Shown: positions 9,227-18,135, counted from the first letter of the stretch. The stretch: 32,000 bases of DNA from Pseudothioglobus sp. nBUS_23 (GCF_051201565.1 NZ_CP179200.1:1140001-1172000), one strand, 5' to 3'. A program made the numbers and translations. The notes: generated by a model not told the origin, from the sequence alone.

Positions 9227-10435
9227 TTAAAAAGGGATTAGATTACTCTTTTTTGATTCGGTGAGATGCTTTGTGATCAATGTCTTAATAGGTGGAAATC
9301 GATCAGCAAATTTGAGAACAAGCTTACGAATTTTTTTTGCCATAGCATCATCATTCGTAAACAATGAAACAACTCCGTTAGTTCCAAAATACATCAACCT
9401 TGATAAATGGATTTGTTTGTTTTCAAACTCCCTAAGAACTGACTCAGAGCCAATATCTTTTCCAGAATTTAACGCTTTAGAAATTGATTTTGAAAGAATA
9501 TCCTGACCCCTGAGGCCTAAATTAAAACCATGAGCAGTTACTGGATGCATTCCCACGGCTGCATCGCCTATTAATGCAAAACGTGTAGATCTGAATTTTT
9601 GAGCATAAACGCCAACTAAAGGATATGAAAATCGATCACCAATTTGTGTCATCTCTCCTAAACTACCATTAAAGCCATCGCTAGCAAACTTACAAAATTT
9701 TTCTGAATCCATATTGAGCATTTGAACAGCTTCATCTGTCGGAACAGTTAATACTACTGAAGAAATATTACCATTAAGTGGTAATAGTGCCAATGTGTGG
9801 CCATAATTGAAGCACTCAAGCGCAACCTGGTTGTGGTCTTTTTCGTGCGAGACTCTAGTTATTATCATAACCTTAGAAAAGTCTTTCATGGTTGACTCAA
9901 TACCCATTTTGCGTCTTATTTCAGAGAAACGACTATCAGCAGCCACGATGAGTCTAGATTCCAAAGTTTGGCCATCTGATAGAGTCACTTTACCTCCAGA
10001 AAAACTTGTATCCACTGACTCAACTGACAATTCATTTATGATTGTCAAATTATCAGATTTTGAAGCTTTTTGGTACAGAGCTAGTCGGATTAAATGATTC
10101 GGAACTAAATATCCAAGCGCGTCAATGGAAGATTTATTGGCAGCAAAATTTAAAAGCGAATCTGAATCTCCATCAAAGACTTTTGCCTCCTTTAAAGGAC
10201 TTACTTTAGTTTGATCGATTAAATCCCATACTCCAAGATTTTGAAGAATCTTAAGTGAATTATGAGTTAAGGCAGTTTCCCTCCCATCAGGCTCAGGATT
10301 TGAGATTGATGAAAGAGTAGACCTTTCAACCAGCATAACTCTCAAATTCAATTCAATTAAGGAGCAAGCAAAGCTAAGACCTGCTGGGCCAGCACCTATA
10401 ATGATTACATCGTAATTATTTTTATTACTCATCAA
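9227..10435 (-). CDS. FAD-dependent monooxygenase, UbiH/UbiF/VisC/COQ6 family (ubiquinone ring hydroxylase type)
   Basis: 402-aa ORF with an N-terminal [12 protein letters not shown] Rossmann motif and the [18 protein letters not shown] motif typical of this family. The paralogue cannot be assigned from sequence alone. Confidence 0.85.
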   Translation of the reverse strand: MMSNKNNYDVIIIGAGPAGLSFACSLIELNLRVMLVERSTLSSISNPEPDGRETALTHNSLKILQNLGVWDLIDQTKVSPLKEAKVFDGDSDSLLNFAANKSSIDALGYLVPNHLIRLALYQKASKSDNLTIINELSVESVDTSFSGGKVTLSDGQTLESRLIVAADSRFSEIRRKMGIESTMKDFSKVMIITRVSHEKDHNQVALECFNYGHTLALLPLNGNISSVVLTVPTDEAVQMLNMDSEKFCKFASDGFNGSLGEMTQIGDRFSYPLVGVYAQKFRSTRFALIGDAAVGMHPVTAHGFNLGLRGQDILSKSISKALNSGKDIGSESVLREFENKQIHLSRLMYFGTNGVVSLFTNDDAMAKKIRKLVLKFADRFPPIKTLITKHLTESKKSNLIPF

Positions 10436-10468
10436 TTTTGCATCGAATTATTAATTAAAAAAATTAAT

Positions 10469-11086
10469 TTACTTTGAATCTTCAATTCTTTTTAACCAGT
10501 AAGCTCTTTTATCTAGATCCTTGCCTGTTCCAATTCCGTCTCTGTACATGTCAGCCACCCTAATTTGAGATTCTAAGTTATCTCTCCTAGCTGCAAATAA
10601 ATAGTATTCATAAGCTTTTTCATAGCTCTGGCTGACCCCCTCTCCAAATTCATACATTACCCCTAAATTGTATTTAGCGTCAATATAGTTTTGTTCAGAG
10701 GCCAAATTTAACCATTTAAAAGCTTTTTGATAGTCTTTTTCAACACCAGCTCCTAAATAATACAATGCGCCTAGAGTATATTGAGCTTTTGGATCTGACT
10801 TATCTGCAGCCTTTTTGATATAGTCATAACCTACCTCATTATTCTGCTCAACTCCAATCCCTCCAATATGCATAACCCCAAGCGCTGTAAGCGCATCCAA
10901 ATTACCAGCTTTAGCAGCAAGTTCAAATGCCTTAAGTGCTTTCTCATATTCTTTCTCCTCAACTAACTCCTTTCCTCTATCATATAAATTTTCTTCAGCA
11001 AAGATTGGATTTGAAAGGACAAAAAATAGAGATAAAAACAGAGTTTTAAATAGAGTAACTCCGATTGATTTTGAGGCAGAATTCAT
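10469..11086 (-). CDS. Secreted Sel1-repeat (SLR/TPR-like) protein
   Basis: 205-aa ORF with an N-terminal signal peptide (LFLSLFFVLSNPIFA-EE). It is followed by several Sel1-type repeats of the pattern A..G...A...LG.MY..G.GV.. Confidence 0.82.
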   Translation of the reverse strand: MNSASKSIGVTLFKTLFLSLFFVLSNPIFAEENLYDRGKELVEEKEYEKALKAFELAAKAGNLDALTALGVMHIGGIGVEQNNEVGYDYIKKAADKSDPKAQYTLGALYYLGAGVEKDYQKAFKWLNLASEQNYIDAKYNLGVMYEFGEGVSQSYEKAYEYYLFAARRDNLESQIRVADMYRDGIGTGKDLDKRAYWLKRIEDSK

Positions 11087-11149
11087 AAGTGCAAAAAAAC
11101 TGATAGAGAAATAAAAAAGTCACATCTTTATTTTACATTTTTTTTAAAC

Positions 11150-12409
11150 TTAAACTTCTTCACGTGGAACAAACTCTAGGACTGTAGCATTGATACAATA
11201 CCTTGGCAAACCATTAGGACCATCATTAAAAACGTGGCCAAGATGAATATCAGAGCTTACTGATCGAATTTCCGTCCTAATCATGCCATAACTGGTGTCT
11301 ACCTTCTCATAAACTTCATTTTCTACTGGCTGGGTGAAAGAAAGCCACCCAGATTTGGAATCAAACCGATAAGCAGTATCGAAGAGGGGCCTTCCAGAGA
11401 GCTTGTCTACAAAAACACCTTCCGGAGTATCTTTAAATATTTGATATTGAATACAAAACCTTTTATCTGTGCCTTCATTAAAAGCTACGTTGTAAGCTTC
11501 AGAGCCAACCCCCAATTTAAATTCTCCAAGAGCCTTGTAAAACTCTTCAGATGTCATCATACCTTGGTGAGACCATATCTCTTTGCCATCCTCGATAAAG
11601 ATAATTGTAGGGGTAGCCCAGGAAGGGGTTTTAATATCAAAACCCTTAAGAGCAGATGCGGGCGCTGATCTCAACGGGATAGTGCCGTTATAGCTTGAAG
11701 TCACCTTCTTTTCAAATTCTAGACAAAACAAACAGGTTCCTTCAACCTCTGGACCGATGACAATAATTTCTTTACCCTGAAGAGGTTCAATCACTTGAGC
11801 ATATTCAGTCAAATCCTCTTTCTGAACAAACTTAACACCAGTTGAGTGGTCTGGACAGTAACCGTTTGGATTTCTTGCAATGTAATCTTGGTGATAATCT
11901 TCAGCTGGCCAAAATTTATCAAGCGCTGCCATTTCTGTGACAATGTCACCATAGCCTTTTGCAGATAGGAGTTTTTGATAGGCAAGACCAGTCTCTATGG
12001 CAATATTCTTTTGCTCATAATTGGTCCAATAAATAGCAGAACGATAATTATTCCCAACGTCATTACCTTGTCTATTGAATTGGGTTGGATCATGTATTTC
12101 CCAAAAATTCTTGATTAATGATTCGGTTGAAACTTGACTAGAATCGTAGACTACTTTGACAGTTTCTGTATGGTTAATTAATGTATTTTTATTTTTTTCT
12201 TTTTCCTCATCAGACAACCCAATATTTTTAAGAACTGACAAAAAACCTTCGCTTTGAAGTCTTCTATTTTTGAGAACAGCCTCATAAGTGGGATTATCAT
12301 AGTTACCCCCAGAATAACCCGAAACTACATCTACAACGCCTTCGATACTTTCAAAGTTTTTTTCAACACCCCAGAAGCAACCAGCAGCAAAAAAAATTTC
12401 TAAAATCAT
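11150..12409 (-). CDS. msrA/msrB: Fused peptide-methionine sulfoxide reductase: MsrA domain, CxxC thioredoxin-fold-like middle domain, MsrB domain
   Basis: 419-aa ORF. Residues 1-195 are MsrA (GCFWG active site, GYC near the end). Residues about 205-300 carry CLFC (nt 11723-11734) and a PTIIFIEDGKEI segment typical of a thioredoxin fold. Residues about 310-419 are MsrB (GWLSF, HLGHVFNDGP, RYCINA). Confidence 0.88.
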   Translation of the reverse strand: MILEIFFAAGCFWGVEKNFESIEGVVDVVSGYSGGNYDNPTYEAVLKNRRLQSEGFLSVLKNIGLSDEEKEKNKNTLINHTETVKVVYDSSQVSTESLIKNFWEIHDPTQFNRQGNDVGNNYRSAIYWTNYEQKNIAIETGLAYQKLLSAKGYGDIVTEMAALDKFWPAEDYHQDYIARNPNGYCPDHSTGVKFVQKEDLTEYAQVIEPLQGKEIIVIGPEVEGTCLFCLEFEKKVTSSYNGTIPLRSAPASALKGFDIKTPSWATPTIIFIEDGKEIWSHQGMMTSEEFYKALGEFKLGVGSEAYNVAFNEGTDKRFCIQYQIFKDTPEGVFVDKLSGRPLFDTAYRFDSKSGWLSFTQPVENEVYEKVDTSYGMIRTEIRSVSSDIHLGHVFNDGPNGLPRYCINATVLEFVPREEV

Positions 12410-12707
12410 TTAAACTTAGCCTCACAATGAAAAAATAAAATTGTACTCTTAACAAGTGAATTTAATGTGTTTTATAAGTGAAGAAACTAATAAAATTTAT
12501 AGATCTGTATATAAATTTTTCTACACTGAGTCTACTTTTACTTAAAGTATAGATCTTAACAAATAAAACAATCTACTTAATTTTTTAATATTAAATATGA
12601 ACTAATATTATTTAATACTAGCTTATTTAAGGAGTTGATAGAGGCAAGTTATTTAGAGTTTACTGAAAATACATACATATTCTCAAAATGAGAAAAATGA
12701 TCCTATA

Positions 12708-13424
12708 CTAGTTTTGAATAACTCCTAGATAGCCCATTAAATATGGCTTTGGAATAATTATTTTATTTACTTTCTTTTTGGATATCAAGCGCATTGTAAA
12801 TCCATTACTCAGCGTATCATTCAGAAAATCATCACTTAAACTAACTTCCATAACCTCAGTAAAGTCACAACTATCATTTTTACAATTAGAAGCAGTGGAA
12901 GAAATAACACTTAAAACTTGTCCTTTATTTTCACATTTGTTCCACTTATCGCAAAAAATAACGGTTCTATAATCTCTTCTTTTATTTGAGTTATGTGTAA
13001 GAGAGAGACTAAGCTTGTGATTAAAACTTCCATTAATTATGTCTTTGACCCCCTCCAAGTTATATTTAAGGAGGTCGATATCAGTGTCTAAGACGCCAAC
13101 CTTTAATGATTCTGATATTTCAGCGCCAGTAAATTTAGTATTATTATCTGAAATAATAACCATATCGGCAAAATCCTGAGAAATGAGCATATCATTTTCA
13201 AACTGAATTTTTTCTTCCTTAGCATTTTTCAATTGTAATGTTACAACTGAAACAAGATGGGGGCTATCAAGTTTGCTCGCCTCAACAAGATTTTCTTCAT
13301 GGGTGAGGCCTAATGCAAGAATTTTTTGCGTTTCTTGTTCTGATGATGGAACAGCCTCAAGCTCAATTGAAGAGCATCCACTCAAGAAAAATAATAGAGC
13401 GAATAGCAATAGGAAATATTTCAT
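12708..13424 (-). CDS. Hypothetical lipoprotein
   Basis: 238-aa ORF with a signal peptide and lipobox (LFFLSG-C). The C-terminal third holds 4 Cys in two C-x6-C pairs (CDKWNKC, CKNDSC). I recognise no family. It is flanked by intergenic regions of 298 and 271 bp. Confidence 0.65.
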   Translation of the reverse strand: MKYFLLLFALLFFLSGCSSIELEAVPSSEQETQKILALGLTHEENLVEASKLDSPHLVSVVTLQLKNAKEEKIQFENDMLISQDFADMVIISDNNTKFTGAEISESLKVGVLDTDIDLLKYNLEGVKDIINGSFNHKLSLSLTHNSNKRRDYRTVIFCDKWNKCENKGQVLSVISSTASNCKNDSCDFTEVMEVSLSDDFLNDTLSNGFTMRLISKKKVNKIIIPKPYLMGYLGVIQN

Positions 13425-13695
13425 TTTGAACTAGTCCATTATTAAAAAACCTTATTATAGCTTAAACATTATTTTCTTAACTAAATAGTTAATGAAAATA
13501 AAGGAGAAACAAATAGTTTTAATCAATTACAATATTTTAAAAATGAAATTTCTCTTTAATAAATTTTGAGTAAATATTAATGGCAACTAAGATCTTTATG
13601 GTGAGTTAATCAGAGGGTATATTGAAGTATTAGATCTTGCCTCTGAGTCAGAGATAAATGCATCTAGAATTATTGATGACTTAATATAAAAATGT

Positions 13696-13772
13696 TGGTA
13701 GTCGCGGGCAGATTCGAACTGCCGACTTCCACCATGTCAAGGTGACACTCTAACCAACTGAGTTACGCGACT
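13696..13772 (-). tRNA. tRNA-Val (anticodon GAC)
   Basis: Hand-folded 77-nt cloverleaf on the minus strand: AGTCGCG-TA-ACTC-AGTTGGTTA-GAGT-G-TCACC-TTGACAT-GGTGG-AAGTC-GGCAG-TTCGAAT-CTGCC-CGCGACT-A-CCA. All four stems pair and the CCA end is encoded. Confidence 0.9.
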
Positions 13773-13784
13773 ATGAAGGCGAGA

Positions 13785-14489
13785 TTATACTGCCTCAAAA
13801 GTTTTTTTGATAATTTTTTGAATATTACTGGCAGCCTCGTAACGGTTTTCAGCGTTTTTAATTGGCCTACCAACAACAATATAATCTGAACCGCTTTTAA
13901 AAGCTGTAGCGACATCAACAACCCTCTTTTGATCATCATCATTTGCTACGGGCCTAATTCCAGGAGTTACTGCAATTAATTTATTGTCAATATGCTCTCT
14001 TATGAACGGAACTTCTAGGCCAGACGAAACAATTCCATCACAACCCGCTTCAAAAGCCCTTTTAGCTCTTGAGATAACTAAATCTTGTACATTGCAAGAA
14101 AAACCCAAGTCATCTAAATCACCTCGATCTAAACTTGTAAGAGCTGTCACAGCGAGTATTTTTAGGTTATTTTTATTCTCAGCAGCTTTTTCCATCAAGG
14201 CTTGGTTACCATGAATGGTAGCAAATGTAGCGCCATAGTCACTGAGTCTTGAAATAGTGCGACCAACTGTTTCAGGCACATCAAAAAACTTTAAATCAAC
14301 AAACACTTTTTTATCTTTTTTAATAAGCCAATCGAGAAGCTCAAAATACTGACCAGTCATTAGCATTTCCATGCCAATCTTATAAAAATTAACACTATCA
14401 TCAAGCTCTGTTACAATTTCCTTAGCATCAGACACCTCTGGAACATCTAAAGCAAATATTAATCGATCTTCTAGCTTGATATTTTTCAT
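13785..14489 (-). CDS. pyrF: Orotidine 5'-phosphate decarboxylase
   Basis: 234-aa ORF with the FALDV and DLKFFDVPETV (DxKxxD) motifs and a C-terminal VVGRPI phosphate-binding segment. Confidence 0.93.
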   Translation of the reverse strand: MKNIKLEDRLIFALDVPEVSDAKEIVTELDDSVNFYKIGMEMLMTGQYFELLDWLIKKDKKVFVDLKFFDVPETVGRTISRLSDYGATFATIHGNQALMEKAAENKNNLKILAVTALTSLDRGDLDDLGFSCNVQDLVISRAKRAFEAGCDGIVSSGLEVPFIREHIDNKLIAVTPGIRPVANDDDQKRVVDVATAFKSGSDYIVVGRPIKNAENRYEAASNIQKIIKKTFEAV

Positions 14490-14540
14490 TAAATTATGGA
14501 TTTTTTTTGAAGCTAAAATTATACTATAATTTTCAACAAA

Positions 14541-15383
14541 TTAGCTCTTAGAGATAAAGTCTTTAGCTAATTTAAAGACTATCTCTGCACCTCTCTCATT
14601 AAGATGAATTTGATCAAAAAGTATCCATTGTCCTTTCGCCTTCGATATATCATTCCAGGACTTGCTAAATACATAGTGATGAAAAATTCCTCCAAAAATT
14701 CTTCTCATTATTAGCCTAGTTTTTGGATTATATTCTAACTTTAGTGGATAGGTTCTAGATTTAATTTCTGAACATAATGCATCAGAAACTGGCAATAAAC
14801 TTAAATTTTTTTGATTAACAGTCAATTTAATATAATCATTAAACAAATTAACATGTCTATTGACTTCAGAATTTACATTTTCACCAATAGGAGGGAGAGT
14901 ACAAATTGCAAAATTAGATGAAAATCCAATCTTTTCAATTAACTCATTTAAATGTTCTTTGTATTTTCCAAGAGTAGGAACTTCAGGTAACTCATTATTT
15001 TTTTTATATCTTAAGCCTGAATTAATGTCAAACGATCCCAATGCATCATTCGTGCCTATCAATAATATTATTAAGTCGGGCTTACAATCAAGAATTGGGT
15101 CTAGTCTTTGAATAACTTGCCAGGCAGTATTTCCATTAATACCCTCGTTAAGAAAAACATCATTTGGAAACTCCTGACGAAGATAATCTACCCAACTTTG
15201 TCCTATATTTCCGTGAGTTAGTGAGTCACCAATGCATGCAATAATTTTTTTATCTGGTTGATTATTACTCTTTAAATAATCTTCAGCTCTTCCTTTAGGA
15301 GGAGTTGAGATAATTTTTGAAACATAAAAAAAAGCAGCTGCCGGAGCAGCTGCAATGATTAAAACTAAAAATATGAAAGTCAT
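14541..15383 (-). CDS. Membrane-anchored SGNH/GDSL-family hydrolase
   Basis: 280-aa ORF with an N-terminal TM helix. It has SGNH blocks I (IGDSLTHG), II (GINGNT), III (GTNDA) and V (DQIHLN). Confidence 0.82.
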   Translation of the reverse strand: MTFIFLVLIIAAAPAAAFFYVSKIISTPPKGRAEDYLKSNNQPDKKIIACIGDSLTHGNIGQSWVDYLRQEFPNDVFLNEGINGNTAWQVIQRLDPILDCKPDLIILLIGTNDALGSFDINSGLRYKKNNELPEVPTLGKYKEHLNELIEKIGFSSNFAICTLPPIGENVNSEVNRHVNLFNDYIKLTVNQKNLSLLPVSDALCSEIKSRTYPLKLEYNPKTRLIMRRIFGGIFHHYVFSKSWNDISKAKGQWILFDQIHLNERGAEIVFKLAKDFISKS

Positions 15384-15396
15384 TTGACCTAAGGTT

Positions 15397-15927
15397 TTAG
15401 TTTTCTAGTCCATCAACAGTAACCTCAATCTTAATTACATCATCAAATGGTCTTCTTTTTGTAGAAAAGGAAACTTCACTTCCATTGTAGTCAACAGTTA
15501 CTTTGTAATGGCTCAATCTTTTTTCTATTTTTTGTCTGACTTTATTCTCACAAACTTCTTGACTAATAACCTTTTGAGTTCCATTTGCAGCTGCTTTTTC
15601 AGCATCATTAGCAATTGATGCACCCATAAGAATTCCTGCTAGAGTCATAATGTCTTTACCATCTCCTTCACCAAACTGGTTTCCTATAGCGCCGCCTATA
15701 ACTCCACCAATGATTTCATTAGTAGCGCTTCCATCTCCATTATTTTGGACAGTTTCTTTGATATAGCACTCCTTATAGGGCTCTTCGACCCTAACCTGCT
15801 TGTATACTTTGTCTACTGATACAACTGAGGCGCTATCTATAAAGGTTCCTGCCAATGAGAGTTGAGAAAATGACAAGAGAAGTAACATCGATGAACTTTT
15901 TAAAATTGTTTTCATAATAAGCTCCAA
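15397..15927 (-). CDS. Secreted glycine-zipper protein, YcfJ-like (Rickettsia 17-kDa antigen family)
   Basis: 176-aa ORF with a signal peptide and the glycine zipper GGVIGGAIGNQFGEGDGKDIMTLAGILMG. The order of elements is the same as in E. coli YcfJ. The true start may be the second Met (MKTILK, nt 15915). Confidence 0.72.
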   Translation of the reverse strand: MELIMKTILKSSSMLLLLSFSQLSLAGTFIDSASVVSVDKVYKQVRVEEPYKECYIKETVQNNGDGSATNEIIGGVIGGAIGNQFGEGDGKDIMTLAGILMGASIANDAEKAAANGTQKVISQEVCENKVRQKIEKRLSHYKVTVDYNGSEVSFSTKRRPFDDVIKIEVTVDGLEN

Positions 15928-16162
15928 TAGATTATAGTTTGAATTCTACTCATATAAATTTATCGAATTGTGTTTTATTCATGAAGTTTTAACCAACAAA
16001 TTTTTTAAAGCTATTCTTTAAACCATCCTAAGTAAGATATTAAACAAATTATTATATACTTTTTTGGTTTTTTTCATGACAGATAAATCAAATAAATGTT
16101 GATACGACTAGAGGTTAATTTAAAGATAATTGAATTGGTAAATTAAATTAGCTTATTTAAAA

Positions 16163-16942
16163 TTATTTGAATAACAAGTTTTTATCTCCAAAATGACTTT
16201 TGTATAGTTCAATATCATCACTATAGATTTCATTAACAAGGCTAATTTCTTGAGCTCCAAACATTGACTTATAACTCGGAACCATGCCTTGATCTTTCAT
16301 TATTTTTAAATCCGCATCCCTCATCTTCGAAAAGTCTCCCTCGACTCTTTTATAGCCTGATAAATCATGTTTAACAATGCCTCTTACATCATAAACCTTA
16401 AAACCTTTATCTTTTAGGGTATTGATTGCATTAGAAAATGATTCTAGAGAAAAATATTGATCATATTTTTCAAAATGAAGAAAGTCTGATTGATTTCTCC
16501 AATGTTCATCTCTATCTGATTGGGATTGTGATTTAACTATTGAAAGAAAATCATGGAAATTGATACTTAATTTTTTCCCTGAACTATCATTAAATTTCAG
16601 CTTTCTGCCAACAAACTTATCAATAAAACAAGAGGCAATTCTTGTAAAAGGACATCGCAGAACAACGAAAGTATACTTGGAAAGTGCAAGCTCACGTTGA
16701 GTAGCTATAAATGTTTGATTATTAGAATGAATCCATTTGATATCATTTAAACCCTTTATAAATCCATTTGCAATTGCAATAGAATACCTTAGAGAAGAGC
16801 ATGCATTTTTTGGAATAAAAGTGCAGATTGCATCTAGAGGGTATATTGACAAAGTGTATCTAGATGAAAAATTATATAATTCATTTTGACTTATTGGAAC
16901 ATTTTCAAGTCTAGCATTTTTCAGAAGCCTTACATCATTCAT
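16163..16942 (-). CDS. Sulfotransferase-fold protein (carbohydrate-sulfotransferase-like family 2)
   Basis: 259-aa ORF with FIPKNACSSL, which resembles the 5'-phosphosulfate-binding loop (PKxxxS/T). VVLRCPFTRIASCF resembles the 3'-phosphate-binding RxPxxRxxS motif. It is visibly AT-rich. Confidence 0.65.
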   Translation of the reverse strand: MNDVRLLKNARLENVPISQNELYNFSSRYTLSIYPLDAICTFIPKNACSSLRYSIAIANGFIKGLNDIKWIHSNNQTFIATQRELALSKYTFVVLRCPFTRIASCFIDKFVGRKLKFNDSSGKKLSINFHDFLSIVKSQSQSDRDEHWRNQSDFLHFEKYDQYFSLESFSNAINTLKDKGFKVYDVRGIVKHDLSGYKRVEGDFSKMRDADLKIMKDQGMVPSYKSMFGAQEISLVNEIYSDDIELYKSHFGDKNLLFK

Positions 16943-17050
16943 GTTAGATTTTTCTTTTAAAAATAATATTCAATTTGTATCAGAAAAAAAATATTTTGCC
17001 TTAAAGTTATTTTATAGATTAAATTTTTATCAAAAGCAAATAATATTGTC

Positions 17051-17080
17051 TTGTTTTTTAAAAAAAACTAGCAATAATAT
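17051..17080 (+). promoter_or_regulatory. Candidate sigma70 promoter for tRNA-Arg (TTGTTT-N18-TAATAT)
   Basis: The -10 TAATAT at 17075-17080 ends 7 nt before the mature tRNA 5' end at 17088. A -35-like TTGTTT lies at 17051-17056. Confidence 0.35.
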
Positions 17081-17087
17081 ACTCTAC

Positions 17088-17164
17088 GCCTTGGTAGCTC
17101 AGCTGGATAGAGCACTCGCCTCCTAAGCGAGGGGTCATAGGTTCAAATCCTGTCCAGGGCGCCA
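17088..17164 (+). tRNA. tRNA-Arg (anticodon CCT)
   Basis: Hand-folded 77-nt cloverleaf: GCCTTGG-TA-GCTC-AGCTGGATA-GAGC-A-CTCGC-CTCCTAA-GCGAG-GGGTC-ATAGG-TTCAAAT-CCTGT-CCAGGGC-G-CCA. Confidence 0.9.
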
Positions 17165-17337
17165 CACACTTTTAATTTAAAAACAATCACTTAGAGTAAA
17201 TAGACTGATAAGTTTTGTTCATCCATTTTTATTTGTAACTCAAACAAAAATAAAGCAAAACAAACTGTTCCAGATAGGCTCATTTCCTTAGCAAGAATTC
17301 GAAGATTCAAATACATTGCCATGTCAAAGAAATACTA

Positions 17338-18135
17338 TTAGTCAAAATGATTCTGGAATTTTACTGAAACCTCTTTGAGTATAGCTTCATTTCTCTTAAT
17401 ACGATGAGAAATCAGAGAATCAACTAAACTTTTATTGTTATCATGAAAGTCTTTGGTTGGAGACATTCCTAAGAAGTTAGCAACATATCGAAATTCGACT
17501 TTCTCTAATGAAGGTCTTTTTCTCTTAATGCCGATCTTTTCTGCCTCGTTATTCAAAGCTTCTAAAGCATTATTAGACAATAGAAGTTTATTGAATAAGT
17601 CTTTTCCTACAAAGCCTTTTATAAAATCCTCAAATTTAATAATAGTAAGATTTTTATTAACATTATTTTTAAAAAATTTGGCAAACTTTTTGACATCGAA
17701 TACAAATTTATTATTGTAATTTCTACTGCTAGGACTGACATACCCATATTCTAAAACTATATTTGCAATTATTGACAAATCTAGCACTACTCCATATCCA
17801 GAGCGTTCTGCGTAAATAGACTTTAAGTATTCTATTGGTTTTCTATTTACAACAACCCATTCAATATTTGAATAGCCTAGAGATTTAGCGAGTCTTTCAA
17901 ATTCTGCAGCAAGATGAGTATCAACCAAAAAGTTTTCAAAAGCCTCGCCACTAATGAGAGTAGTATTGCAATTATTTCTTACTGTATCCTGGAAAATTGA
18001 CTCTAAAAATAATCTTAAACTTATTAAATCTTTCTTCTGTGACATCCATGCAGCAAAACTGTGCTGATGCCAATCAAGATACTTAGGAAAAAGAATCTTA
18101 TTCTCGATAAGCAACTCATTACAATTTGAGCACAA
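17338..18135 (-). CDS. Sulfotransferase-like protein; the listed ORF starts at a TTG, but the reading frame and the PAPS-binding motif continue upstream to 18201
   Basis: 265-aa ORF with a 3'-PB-like motif (VVVNRKPIEYLKSIY). The in-frame upstream codons (18136-18201) read NDIIKLLIHAGTHKTASTSFQT. That is a typical sulfotransferase N-terminal 5'-PSB loop, and it contains no ATG, GTG or TTG. Confidence 0.6.
   Translation of the reverse strand: MCSNCNELLIENKILFPKYLDWHQHSFAAWMSQKKDLISLRLFLESIFQDTVRNNCNTTLISGEAFENFLVDTHLAAEFERLAKSLGYSNIEWVVVNRKPIEYLKSIYAERSGYGVVLDLSIIANIVLEYGYVSPSSRNYNNKFVFDVKKFAKFFKNNVNKNLTIIKFEDFIKGFVGKDLFNKLLLSNNALEALNNEAEKIGIKRKRPSLEKVEFRYVANFLGMSPTKDFHDNNKSLVDSLISHRIKRNEAILKEVSVKFQNHFD

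Noticed and set aside
12410-13695. Replication-origin idea: AT-rich spacers with several GATCT-initiated stretches reminiscent of the E. coli oriC 13-mers (GATCTnTTnTTTT).
   Set aside because: I found no cluster of DnaA boxes (TTATCCACA or its complement) in either spacer. The 13-mer matches are poor beyond GATCT. There are no dnaA, gidA or mioC-type neighbours.
16941-17126. 61-aa ORF on the plus strand upstream of and overlapping tRNA-Arg.
   Set aside because: Its 3' end is the tRNA-Arg(CCT) sequence itself (ALVAQLDRALAS is the translated tRNA). The remainder is AT-rich promoter DNA.
17191-17283. 30-aa minus-strand ORF (MSLSGTVCFALFLFELQIKMDEQNLSVYLL) between the sulfotransferase-like gene and tRNA-Arg.
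   Set aside because: It is short. The AGGA sits only about 2 nt from the ATG, the spacer is AT-rich, and there is no recognisable motif. Sequence alone does not support it.
17301-17320. Degenerate copy of the tRNA-Arg T-arm/3' end (TTCAAATACATTGCCA compared with TTCAAATCCTGTCCA) as an att site remnant.
   Set aside because: The similarity is confined to TTCAAA plus scattered bases, which is too weak to call. I kept only the exact 11-bp direct repeat as a finding.
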